From: Anaerolineales bacterium
GTDB lineage: Bacteria > Chloroflexota > Anaerolineae > Anaerolineales > RBG-16-64-43
DNA length: 64,000 nt
Assembly (NCBI GenBank): GCA_049511715.1
Contig: JBEKXU010000002.1
Location: forward strand, 100,994 to 164,993
Reading direction: 5' to 3'
The translations under genes were made by a program, and so were the position numbers. The notes beneath the pieces are model-generated. The model was not told the DNA's origin. It was given only the letters and a program-made list of their open reading frames with translations, and did not search any database. This document shows positions 9,703 to 18,006 of this stretch, one piece after another. Position 1 is the stretch's first letter; the number at the start of each line of letters is the position of its first letter.

Positions 9703-10857
9703 TCAGGCTGTTTTGAGGATGTGGGTGGCAACCAAGGCGCCTGAGCCGCCAATGTTCAGGGCCATGCCTACCCGGGCCCGCTCCAACTGGTTGGCCCCGG
9801 CCTCTCCCCGCAATTGCTGGACGACTTCGACGATCTGGTACATCCCTGTGGCCCCGACGGGATGGCCGCGGGCCTTGAGACCTCCCTGGGTCGCGATTGG
9901 GAGCGAGGCATTCAAGCGGATCCTGCCCTCCAGGCCGAGCCGGGGGGCCTGCCCGCGCTCGGCAAACCCGCAGGCCTCCAGCGAGAGCGCGCTCAGGATG
10001 CTGAAGGCATCATGTAGCTCGAAGAAGTCGATTTGGGCGGGCTGAAGGCCGGCTTGGTCGTAGGCCTTGCGAGCCGATTGAAAGGCGGCGAGGAGAAAGA
10101 GGGGATCCTTGCGATCGTGAACCGCCAGGGAATCCGTGGCTACTCCCGACCCGGCGACCACCACGCGGGGGCGCGGTCCGCCGGCCACCCGCTCGGCCGG
10201 GACCAGAATTGCCGCCGCGGCGCCATCGCCGATGGGCGAGGCATCCAGCAGGTTAATGGGGTCGCAGACCATGCGTGCGTGAGCGTAGTCCCGTTCTGTG
10301 ATCGGCTCCTGCAGCCGCGCAAACGGATTGCGGGCTCCATTCGCATGCGCATTGATGGAGAAGGGCGCAAAGTCCGTGTGCTTCCAGCCGAATTCATGCA
10401 TGTAGCGCTGCATGAGCAGCGCATTGAGGCCGACGAAGGTGACGCCCTGGGCGGACTCGTAGTCCGCGTCCGCGGCGGTGGCCAGAGCCGCCGTCGTCTC
10501 GGCGGCTGAGGTCTCGGTCATCTTCTCCGCGCCGAGGGCCAGGGCCACGTCCACGGCGCCCGAGGCAACCGCCAGCCAGGCCAGGCGAAAAGCGGCGGCC
10601 CCGGAAGCGCAGGCCCCTTCGACCTTGTAGGCCTCTACCGGTTTTTGTCCGAGCCAGTCGGCGATCAGGGCTCCCAGGTTCTCCTGCCGGGCGACGATGC
10701 CGGAAAGCATGTTGCCGACGAAGATCGCCTCCACCCGCTCCAGGCCCGCATCCCGCAGCGCGGCCAATCCCGCTTCCGTGGCGAGATCGCGCAGCGAGTG
10801 CTCCCAGTGCTCCGCGACGGACGTCTGGCCGATACCGAGAACCGCAACCTCGCGCAT
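9703..10857 (-). CDS. Archaeal/SCP-x-type acetoacetyl-CoA thiolase (mevalonate pathway)
   Basis: The nucleophile motif is VEGACASGAAAF, followed by GAEKM and GGLKARGHPVGATG. It lies in a cluster with DUF35 and HMG-CoA synthase genes. Confidence 0.85.
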   Translation of the reverse strand: MREVAVLGIGQTSVAEHWEHSLRDLATEAGLAALRDAGLERVEAIFVGNMLSGIVARQENLGALIADWLGQKPVEAYKVEGACASGAAAFRLAWLAVASGAVDVALALGAEKMTETSAAETTAALATAADADYESAQGVTFVGLNALLMQRYMHEFGWKHTDFAPFSINAHANGARNPFARLQEPITERDYAHARMVCDPINLLDASPIGDGAAAAILVPAERVAGGPRPRVVVAGSGVATDSLAVHDRKDPLFLLAAFQSARKAYDQAGLQPAQIDFFELHDAFSILSALSLEACGFAERGQAPRLGLEGRIRLNASLPIATQGGLKARGHPVGATGMYQIVEVVQQLRGEAGANQLERARVGMALNIGGSGALVATHILKTA

Positions 10858-10875
10858 GGGCGGCTGGGCCGGGTC

Positions 10876-11277
10876 TCAAACGGCCGCGAGTACCGGGCGG
10901 AACTTGTAGCCGTACTGGATCAGACCTTCTTCGCCCTCGGCGCGCAGCTTGCGGGTCACCATCTCTACCGGCAAGCCGATCCGCAGCTCCCGGGGGTCCA
11001 CATCCGTGATCTGGGCCGTGACCAGCGGTCCTTCGGCGAGCTTGACCAGGGCGATGGCATAGGGCGCCTGGGTTTCATAGCCGCTGGGTGCGTCGTGAAT
11101 CACCGTGAACGAGTAGACCTCGCCCTGACCGCTGAAGCTGAACCGCGACTGGGTGGCCCGGCCGCATTCGGGGCAAATGTCCCGCGGCGGGAAGATCTTG
11201 GCGTGACAGTGCTCGCACTGCTCGCCCACCAGTCCGTAGCGCTGCTGTCTCAGTCTCCAATTGCGTGGGATATCCAT
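10876..11277 (-). CDS. DUF35 Zn-ribbon/OB-fold protein (scaffold of the thiolase/HMG-CoA synthase complex)
   Basis: Zn ribbon CEHCHAKIFPPRDICPECG followed by an OB-fold tail. It sits between the thiolase and HMGS genes, as in archaea. Confidence 0.8.
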   Translation of the reverse strand: MDIPRNWRLRQQRYGLVGEQCEHCHAKIFPPRDICPECGRATQSRFSFSGQGEVYSFTVIHDAPSGYETQAPYAIALVKLAEGPLVTAQITDVDPRELRIGLPVEMVTRKLRAEGEEGLIQYGYKFRPVLAAV

Positions 11278-11295
11278 AAACCTCCTGGGCGCTCT

Positions 11296-12435
11296 CTACT
11301 GGCGCAACTTCCCGCGGAAGCGCGCATAGAGGGCGTAGTCGATTTCTTTGCGGCGGGCCAGATAGTCCCGGGTGCGGGCCGCCAACCCCTGACGGCTCGG
11401 CAGGGCCTCCGTCACTCGCAGGCTGAAGGCGTCTGACCCGGCGCCCGAGCCGAAGGAGACGACCAGAAGCCGGTCTCCCGGTTCCGCTTCGTCGAGAACG
11501 GCCGTCAGGCCGATCAGGGTGGCTCCGGCATAAGTGTTCCCGATCTGCGGCACCAGCAGCCCCGCGCGGATCTGTTCCCGCGTAAAGCCCAGATCGACCG
11601 CAACGCGCTGCGGGAACTTGGTGTTGGGCTGGTGGAATACCGCGTGCCGGTAGTCGCAGGGCTGGAGCCCTAGGGCCGCCATCAGTTCGCGGGCGGCGGC
11701 TTCGCTGTGCTTGAAATAGGCGGGCTCCCCCGTGAAACGCTGGCCGTGCTGCGGATAGGCCGCCTCCGCCCGGCGCCAGAAGTCCGGGGTATCCGTCACG
11801 TACGAATACGAGGCTTCGATCACGGCCAACGACTCATCGGCCGGACCCACGACCAGGGCCGCCCCCCCCGCTCCTGCCGTGTACTCCAACGCATCACCCG
11901 GCCGCGCCTGTGCCGTATCCATGCCGATGGCGATGGCGTAAGGGACCATTCCTGAGCCCACCAGTCCGATCGCGGCCTGGAGCGCCTCGGTGCCGGCCTT
12001 GCAGGCGAACTGCCAATCGGCCGCCAGCAGGCTGGGAGAGGCGCCGATCGCCTCGGCCACGATGGTGGAGGTTGGTTTGACGGCGTAGGGATGCGATTCC
12101 GATCCCACCCACAGGGCCCCGATCTGGCTGGCCGGGATCCGGGCACGGGCCAGCGCATTGCGCGCCGCCTCCACGGCCATGGTTACGACGTCCTCGTCCA
12201 GCCCGGCCACGGACTTCTCCTGAACCGGTAGCGGGGCCGCCCCGTCGCTCCACACTCGGGCCACCTCCCGGGCGGGCAGCCGGTATCGGGGCAGGTAGGC
12301 GCCGTAGCCCAAGATGCCCACCGGATGGGACGGCCGCATCGCTCGCCCCAGAGGACGGGCTGCGGCCTGTGGGCTTGGCGCAGAGGTTTGGACCGCCGGA
12401 CTTGCGCTTCGGTTCCCTTCCACCCTCGTTTCCAA
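11296..12435 (-). CDS. Hydroxymethylglutaryl-CoA synthase (archaeal type)
   Basis: [24 protein letters not shown], the FACKAGT active-site Cys region, HQPN and [12 protein letters not shown] at 12435 has a GGAGAGG SD. ATG at 12339 would give the usual ~347 aa. Confidence 0.85.
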   Translation of the reverse strand: METRVEGNRSASPAVQTSAPSPQAAARPLGRAMRPSHPVGILGYGAYLPRYRLPAREVARVWSDGAAPLPVQEKSVAGLDEDVVTMAVEAARNALARARIPASQIGALWVGSESHPYAVKPTSTIVAEAIGASPSLLAADWQFACKAGTEALQAAIGLVGSGMVPYAIAIGMDTAQARPGDALEYTAGAGGAALVVGPADESLAVIEASYSYVTDTPDFWRRAEAAYPQHGQRFTGEPAYFKHSEAAARELMAALGLQPCDYRHAVFHQPNTKFPQRVAVDLGFTREQIRAGLLVPQIGNTYAGATLIGLTAVLDEAEPGDRLLVVSFGSGAGSDAFSLRVTEALPSRQGLAARTRDYLARRKEIDYALYARFRGKLRQ

Positions 12436-12470
12436 TTCCTGCCTCTCCAGGACGGCGCCCAGGACGGCTC

Positions 12471-13751
12471 CTACTTTCCCGAACGGTGGAGCAATTCCTG
12501 TGCCCGGTCAATTCTCACGGAACCCTCGCGAACCATCTGCTCGGCAATGGTCCCAACCGCCTCGCCCTCCGCGCCCGCGGCCATGGCCACTTGGCGCGCG
12601 TGCAGGGACATGTGGCCGCGCTGGATTCCCTCGGTGGCCAGCGCCCGCAAGGCCGCCAGGTTCTGGGCCAAGCCGACGGCGGCGATAATCTCCTCCAGCT
12701 CGCGGGCACTGCTGACGCCCAGGATCTTTAGGGAAAGTCTGGCCAGGGGATGCACCTGACTCGCCCCGCCGACGATGCCCACGGCCAGGGGAAGCTCGAG
12801 CGTTCCGGACAGGTTCCCCTGGGGATCGCGTTCCCACGTTGAGAGCGAGGTATATCGCCCCGACCGAGCCGCATAGGCATGGGCCCCGGCTTCGACTGCC
12901 CGCCAGTCATTCCCCGTAGCGATCACCAGGGCATCGATCCCGTTCAGGATGCCCTTGTTGTGAGTGGCGGCGCGATAGGGGTCGCAGGCGGCGAAGGCCC
13001 AGGCCTCCAGGATTCCGTCGCGCACGCGCTCCCCCGAGTAGCGCTCGAAGGCAAGGCCCTCCACCGGGATCCGGCAACGGGCCCGGGCCAGGCGGCGATC
13101 GGCCAGGTTCGAAAGGATCCGCAAATGGACGCGCCCTCCCGTGATCCGCTCGAGTTCCGGGGCGAGCCTCTCGCAAGCTGTGTTGACCGAATTGGCCCCC
13201 ATGGCGTCGCGGACATCCCAGAGGAGGTGGACCACCAGAAAGGGACCGATGGGCGAGTTCTTGATCTCGCGGATCTCCAGCCCGCGGGCGCCCCCTCCGA
13301 GCCCCAGCAGCATGGGATCGGTCTGATTGGCAACCTCGAGAAGGTGATCTCGGTTCTCGAGCAGCTTCGCTTGCGCGAGCTGGAGGTCGTCCAGGTCCAG
13401 GAGTTGAATCTGACCGATCATCACGGGGTCGTCCGCTTCGGCCTGGAACCCTCCTGTGGCGCGCGCCAGTTTGGCCATGAAGGAGGCTCCCGCCACCACC
13501 GAGGGCTCCTCAATGACCATCGGGACAAGCATCTCCCGGCCGTTGACCACAAAGTTCGTGGCAAATCCGAGCGGCAGCGAGAAGACGCCGGCGACGTTCT
13601 CGATCATCTGGTCCGCCTGCGAGGGATCCAACCCGCCGCTGCGGAAGGCCTGGCCGGCCTGCGCCTCAAAGCCGAACTGGGCGCAGACTGTCTCCAGCCG
13701 CTTCTGCCAGGGCTGGTTGTAGAAGCCGGGCAAGCGGGAACTCAGGGGCAT
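12471..13751 (-). CDS. HMG-CoA reductase (class II-like)
   Basis: [44 protein letters not shown] and GIVGG motifs. ATG at 13751 ([11 protein letters not shown]) gives ~426 aa. Confidence 0.85.
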   Translation of the reverse strand: MPLSSRLPGFYNQPWQKRLETVCAQFGFEAQAGQAFRSGGLDPSQADQMIENVAGVFSLPLGFATNFVVNGREMLVPMVIEEPSVVAGASFMAKLARATGGFQAEADDPVMIGQIQLLDLDDLQLAQAKLLENRDHLLEVANQTDPMLLGLGGGARGLEIREIKNSPIGPFLVVHLLWDVRDAMGANSVNTACERLAPELERITGGRVHLRILSNLADRRLARARCRIPVEGLAFERYSGERVRDGILEAWAFAACDPYRAATHNKGILNGIDALVIATGNDWRAVEAGAHAYAARSGRYTSLSTWERDPQGNLSGTLELPLAVGIVGGASQVHPLARLSLKILGVSSARELEEIIAAVGLAQNLAALRALATEGIQRGHMSLHARQVAMAAGAEGEAVGTIAEQMVREGSVRIDRAQELLHRSGK

Positions 13752-14509
13752 TATGGCGAATCTTTCTTTCCGTTCCTTGCGCCTTGGACAGACTTGAAGA
13801 AAAGGCAAGATGAAACATCACAGTACTCGGCCCCGCCTAGCAATTGCTCTCAGGGTCCCCGCCCAGCAGGGATAAAGCGCTTGTTTCAGGAGCCTGAGAG
13901 GAAATGAGGGAGCTTGGGAAGGGCGACCCGAAAGGTGCCAAGTATCCTCAATGATGCCTGCCATCAGCTTTGAAAGCCGACCGGGGCGAAAACGCGGTCA
14001 AGTCGCCATGAGAAGACTGGCTCCTTAGGGATCACACGGACCGGTGTCGTCGGAGATGTGTGCCTCCCAGACCTCATCAGAGAAAAGGATATGGCCTTGA
14101 CTGCTCGGCAGGGTCAGGGCCGTCCCCGTCGAGGCGGACCAAGACCAGCCCGCGGATGGTCCTAAGCCGAGAATCGGGGAACGGAGCAGGGCACGAAGCT
14201 TGCATGGGCTGGCAGGTGCTCACTTGCAATGGCCAGCTTGGTTCCGCTCCAGCCGGCGGAGATGGCGTCCGGAGGCAGAGGGAGGACTCGGCGATGCTCC
14301 TGGGGCACCGGCCAAGAACGTTTCCGCAGTGTGAATTTATTGTTGGGGCAGCGTGAAAGGCCGGGCGCATTCTGGCAAGATCGGTGCGCTTCCGGTATCC
14401 AGGCCGGAGGCACCAATCTCTCTCCTATAATGCCGGCAGAACACAAGGCGGGGAAGCCGCCCCACACGTCGGCCGAATTCATTGGGTTCACGAGGAACAG
14501 GAGAAAAAC

Positions 14510-14872
14510 ATGTTCACACGAAGGATGCTAACCATTGTCGCCACCGTGGCTGTCTCGTTGGTGTTTGCCACGGCCGCCTTTGCCTTTGCGGCGGCAAACA
14601 CCGTGCCTGCGACGACTTCGGGCAGCGGCTCGAATACCATCAGCGGGTACACGATTACTAATGTCAGCTACGGTCTGGACACGACCACCCCTACGAATAT
14701 CGATACCGTGACCTTCACCCTCAGCCCCGCGGCCGCGACGACTGTGAAGATCCAGTTGGTGACCGGAGGCTCTTGGTACAGTTGCACCGATTCGACAGGC
14801 AGTGTGTCCTGCACGACAACGGGCGCAACCGTGGCCGCGGCCAATAGCCTCACGGTGGTTGCCAGTCAGTAG
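14510..14872 (+). CDS. Small secreted Thr/Ser-rich protein with SipW/TasA-like leader (candidate substrate 1)
   Basis: ATG at 14510 lies 8 nt after GGAG. The leader is MFTRRMLTIVATVAVSLVFATAAFAFAAANTVPATT. The mature part is beta-rich with 2 Cys. It sits just upstream of the SipW-like peptidase gene. Confidence 0.7.
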   Translation: MFTRRMLTIVATVAVSLVFATAAFAFAAANTVPATTSGSGSNTISGYTITNVSYGLDTTTPTNIDTVTFTLSPAAATTVKIQLVTGGSWYSCTDSTGSVSCTTTGATVAAANSLTVVASQ

Positions 14873-15039
14873 TGAGTTGTCCATCCGGCTCCCCGAGCTG
14901 GAGCGGAGGTTGCCGTCGCGCAACGGAGGCCCGGCGATGGCGCAGGCGGCTTGCTCACGGCCTACTCCCTCTACAATCCGCAAGGAGGAAGCCGTGAGCG
15001 AATTGTGTCTGGGAGCGCCTGTTCAATGGAATAGACCGC

Positions 15040-17409
15040 ATGAGGAAGTATCGCCGGTGGTACGGCATCGTCCTTGGGGCCTGCTGCCTCGTCTTGCTGG
15101 TTGCGGCTTGGCTGGTTTTTGCTCCCGTTCCTTTCGGCGGCCAGTCGAGCTATGTGATCGTAACCGGCAACAGCATGGACCCCATGTACCCGCCGGGCGA
15201 CCTGGTGATTGTCCGGGAAGAGCCCCACTACCAGGTCGGAGATGTCGTCGCCTACTTCGACGGCCAGCTGAACCGATACGTCATTCATCGCATCGTCGCG
15301 CAAGACGGCAACCGGTTCACCCTCAAGGGAGATCACAACGGCTGGACCGACTCGGATCAGCCCCTGGCCAGCCAGATCATCGGCAGGGCCTGGATTCAAT
15401 TACCCGGTCTCGGCCCGGGCGTGCAGGCCGTGCGCACCCCGCTGGCGATGGCTCTCCTGGCCGTCCTGGTGGGTGTGCTCCTGGTAACCGCCCTGCGGGC
15501 TTCTCCGCCGCGAAAACAAGGGGGGAGATTCTTGAAGCGAAAAAGTGGTTTTGAACAGAGTCTGGTTCTCGGGAGACTGGCGGAGGCGAAGGAGGGGATC
15601 GTCTTTGCCGCGGCCGTCCTCGGCGCGGCCTCGATTCTGCTGGGTGTCTTCGCCTTCACCCGGCCGCTCAAGGTGACGGAGGCCGATAACCTGAAATACA
15701 ACCAGGTCGGTGCCTTTGGCTACGGGGCGCCCGCACCGGCCGGGGTCTATGACACCCCCATGATCCAATCAGGCGAACCGGTCTATCCGTCCCTGACCTG
15801 CGGGATCACTGTGGATTTCGGTTACGCCCTGGTCGCGGATGCGCCCATCTCGGCCGGGGGCTCCTATCGCCTCACAGCTCAGGTAAGCGACCCCGCGGGC
15901 TGGCAGAGGACCCTGCCGCTGCAGCCGGAGACCGCCTTTTCGGGAGACCATTTCACCACCTCAGGCCAGCTCGACCTGTGTGAGATTCAAAACTTGGTGG
16001 CGGCCAAAGAGTCGATCACAGGAGACAAGCAGCCGATCTACATGGTGAAGGTCACTCCCCAGGTCGCTGTCCAGGGGACGATCGGCGGACGTCCTTTGAA
16101 CGACAGCTTTGCTCCGGCCTTGACCTTCCAGCTGGACGCACAGGAGCTCCACTTGGTACAGCCCGACTCACTGACGAACCCTCTGGCCCCGACCAAGGCA
16201 GGGGTGCTTCCGGAGTCTCTCACGGCAGCCAACACCTTTTCCATTTTTGGGGGGAACCTGCCGGTCGGGGCCGCCCGGCGCATCTCGTTGGCAGGTTTCA
16301 GCCTCGCCCTCGTGTGCCTCGGTCTTTTCGCCGTGGGTCTGCTCTACGCCGTGCGCAGGGATCCGGCGGCCCTGGTCGACTTCAAGTACGGCCCGCTGTT
16401 GGTGGGCGTGGGCCAAGGCCAACTGCCGACTCCGGGCCCGCGGGTGGTCGAAATGGCCTCCATCGATGACTTGGCCAAACTGGCGGACCGGGAAGGATAC
16501 CTGATCCTGCACGAACCGGGCGATGGCTGCGACCGCTATGTGGTCCAGGTCGGCGAGGTGACCTACCGCTTCACCTGGGTTCAACCCCAGGCCGCGCCCT
16601 TGCTGGCAAGCCCGCCGGTGGTGGAAAGCGAGCTCCGGGCAGCACTCGCCGCCGGTCAGTTCGAGGTTTACTATCAGCCCATTCTCTCGCTCGACAGTGG
16701 AAAGGTCACCGCCGTGGAGGCGCTGCTGCGCTGGAACCACCCTGAACGGGGGATCCTTCCAGCCATGGAATTCATGGCCGCAGCGGAGGAAACGGGGTTC
16801 ATCGTCTCCCTTGGGAGCTGGGCCCTGCGCACCGCGTGCTTGCAGCTCAAAGCCTGGAAAGCGCAAGGGCTCCCGGCCCTCTCCCTATTGGTGAATGTCT
16901 CTACCCGCCAGCTCAAGGAGGGCCTGAGCGATGTGGTGGCCGAGATTCTTCGTGAGGGCGATCTGGAGCCTGAGCGCCTGCACCTAGAGATTCGCGAGGA
17001 AAGCCTCCTGGAGGATCCGGAGGCGCTGGGACCCAAGCTTCAGGAGCTCCGGGATCTGGGGGTGCACCTCACCCTGGACAACTATTGCGGCAAGTCGCCT
17101 CTGGATCTCCTGCGGCGCGTGCCCATCAGCGGCCTGAAGCTGGACTGGAGATCGGTGGAGAAGATAGCAGTCGACTCGGCCGAGGCTGCCGTTACGCGAG
17201 CCGCCGTGAGCGCGGCACATAGCATGGAACTGCAGGTCGGGGCCGAGGGTGTCGAGACCGAGGAGCAGCTGAACCTGCTCCGCTCCCAAAAGGTGGATGC
17301 CGTACAAGGCTACTTCCTGGGTCACCCGATGCCTGCGGAGCAGGCGGCCAGCCTGATCCGGGAGAAGATGGTCAAGCCGCGCAAGAGCCCGCGGTCGATA
17401 GTGAGCTAG
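15040..17409 (+). CDS. Fusion protein: SipW/archaeal-type S26 signal peptidase I + 4-TM body with ~230-aa outside domain + cytoplasmic linker + EAL domain
   Basis: S26B layout: TM1, GNSMDP (Ser45), VIHRIV (His83), KGDHNGWTDSD, TM2. Then TM3, a long extracytoplasmic segment and TM4. C-terminal EAL motifs: YYQP, VEALLRW, NVS, EIRE, KLD, AEGVE, QGY. Loop 6 is degenerate (LDNYCGKSPL). Confidence 0.8.
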   Translation: MRKYRRWYGIVLGACCLVLLVAAWLVFAPVPFGGQSSYVIVTGNSMDPMYPPGDLVIVREEPHYQVGDVVAYFDGQLNRYVIHRIVAQDGNRFTLKGDHNGWTDSDQPLASQIIGRAWIQLPGLGPGVQAVRTPLAMALLAVLVGVLLVTALRASPPRKQGGRFLKRKSGFEQSLVLGRLAEAKEGIVFAAAVLGAASILLGVFAFTRPLKVTEADNLKYNQVGAFGYGAPAPAGVYDTPMIQSGEPVYPSLTCGITVDFGYALVADAPISAGGSYRLTAQVSDPAGWQRTLPLQPETAFSGDHFTTSGQLDLCEIQNLVAAKESITGDKQPIYMVKVTPQVAVQGTIGGRPLNDSFAPALTFQLDAQELHLVQPDSLTNPLAPTKAGVLPESLTAANTFSIFGGNLPVGAARRISLAGFSLALVCLGLFAVGLLYAVRRDPAALVDFKYGPLLVGVGQGQLPTPGPRVVEMASIDDLAKLADREGYLILHEPGDGCDRYVVQVGEVTYRFTWVQPQAAPLLASPPVVESELRAALAAGQFEVYYQPILSLDSGKVTAVEALLRWNHPERGILPAMEFMAAAEETGFIVSLGSWALRTACLQLKAWKAQGLPALSLLVNVSTRQLKEGLSDVVAEILREGDLEPERLHLEIREESLLEDPEALGPKLQELRDLGVHLTLDNYCGKSPLDLLRRVPISGLKLDWRSVEKIAVDSAEAAVTRAAVSAAHSMELQVGAEGVETEEQLNLLRSQKVDAVQGYFLGHPMPAEQAASLIREKMVKPRKSPRSIVS

Positions 17410-17420
17410 ATGGAGGGACG

Positions 17421-17825
17421 GTGCACATGCTGGGATCCCGGATGATCAAACTCACGCTGCTCGGAGGGGCCGCGCTGTTGCTTCTGGCGGTGATCACCGC
17501 CTTCGCGGCCTCAAACTCCGTGCCTAAGACTCTTCTCACGAGGCAAAGTTTTGCGATCAACGCCAACAGCCTGAAACCGTCTGGGTGCGCGTCGCTCAAC
17601 TTGAGTGTCATCGTAACCGGATCCGGAACGATCACCCACAATGGATCTTCCAATGCGCTGATCCTGGGGAGTGCCGGCAACGATACCATCACGGGCGGCT
17701 CCGGAGATGACTGCATTCTGGGCGGGGGAGGCCACAACACCATCAACGGCAGACAGGGGACGAACGTCTGCTACGGCAACAAGACAGACACCTTCACGAA
17801 TTGTCAGACCATCATCTACTACTGA
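17421..17825 (+). CDS. Small secreted Cys-containing protein with matching leader and RTX-type GGxGxD repeats (candidate substrate 2)
   Basis: GGAGG at 17412-17416; start is GTG 17421 or ATG 17427. The leader ..LLLLAVITAFAASNSVPKT parallels the 14510 ORF. Ca-binding-type repeats read ITGGSGDDCILGGGGHNTINGRQG. Confidence 0.7.
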   Translation: MHMLGSRMIKLTLLGGAALLLLAVITAFAASNSVPKTLLTRQSFAINANSLKPSGCASLNLSVIVTGSGTITHNGSSNALILGSAGNDTITGGSGDDCILGGGGHNTINGRQGTNVCYGNKTDTFTNCQTIIYY

Positions 17826-17896
17826 TCCGGGCGGCGCCATCCCTGCCGCGGGGGGACGGCAGGGTGGGCGCGCCCCAAAGCTTGCTCCTGCAATCG

Positions 17897-17927
17897 AACG
17901 GTGCCGCCCGAGGCGGCACCGTTTTCG
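17897..17927 (+). terminator. Rho-independent terminator closing the 14.5-17.8 kb unit
   Basis: 11-bp perfect stem aacggtgccgc / gcggcaccgtt with a 5-nt loop, running into TTTT. Confidence 0.65.
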
Positions 17928-18006
17928 CATGGGTTGAGGCGCATGCCGTCACGGCCCCCGAAAGGGAATCCTGGGGAATGCGGGTCTCTTGTCGGGATGA
18001 GCTGGG

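Noticed and set aside
14340-14509. A possible c-di-GMP riboswitch in front of the small secreted protein gene. This was attractive given the EAL fusion downstream.
   Set aside because: By eye there is no GEMM-I/II-like core: no paired hairpins with a GNRA tetraloop and receptor, and no conserved ACGCACAGGGCAAACC-like tract. It is kept only as a generic 'long leader' finding.
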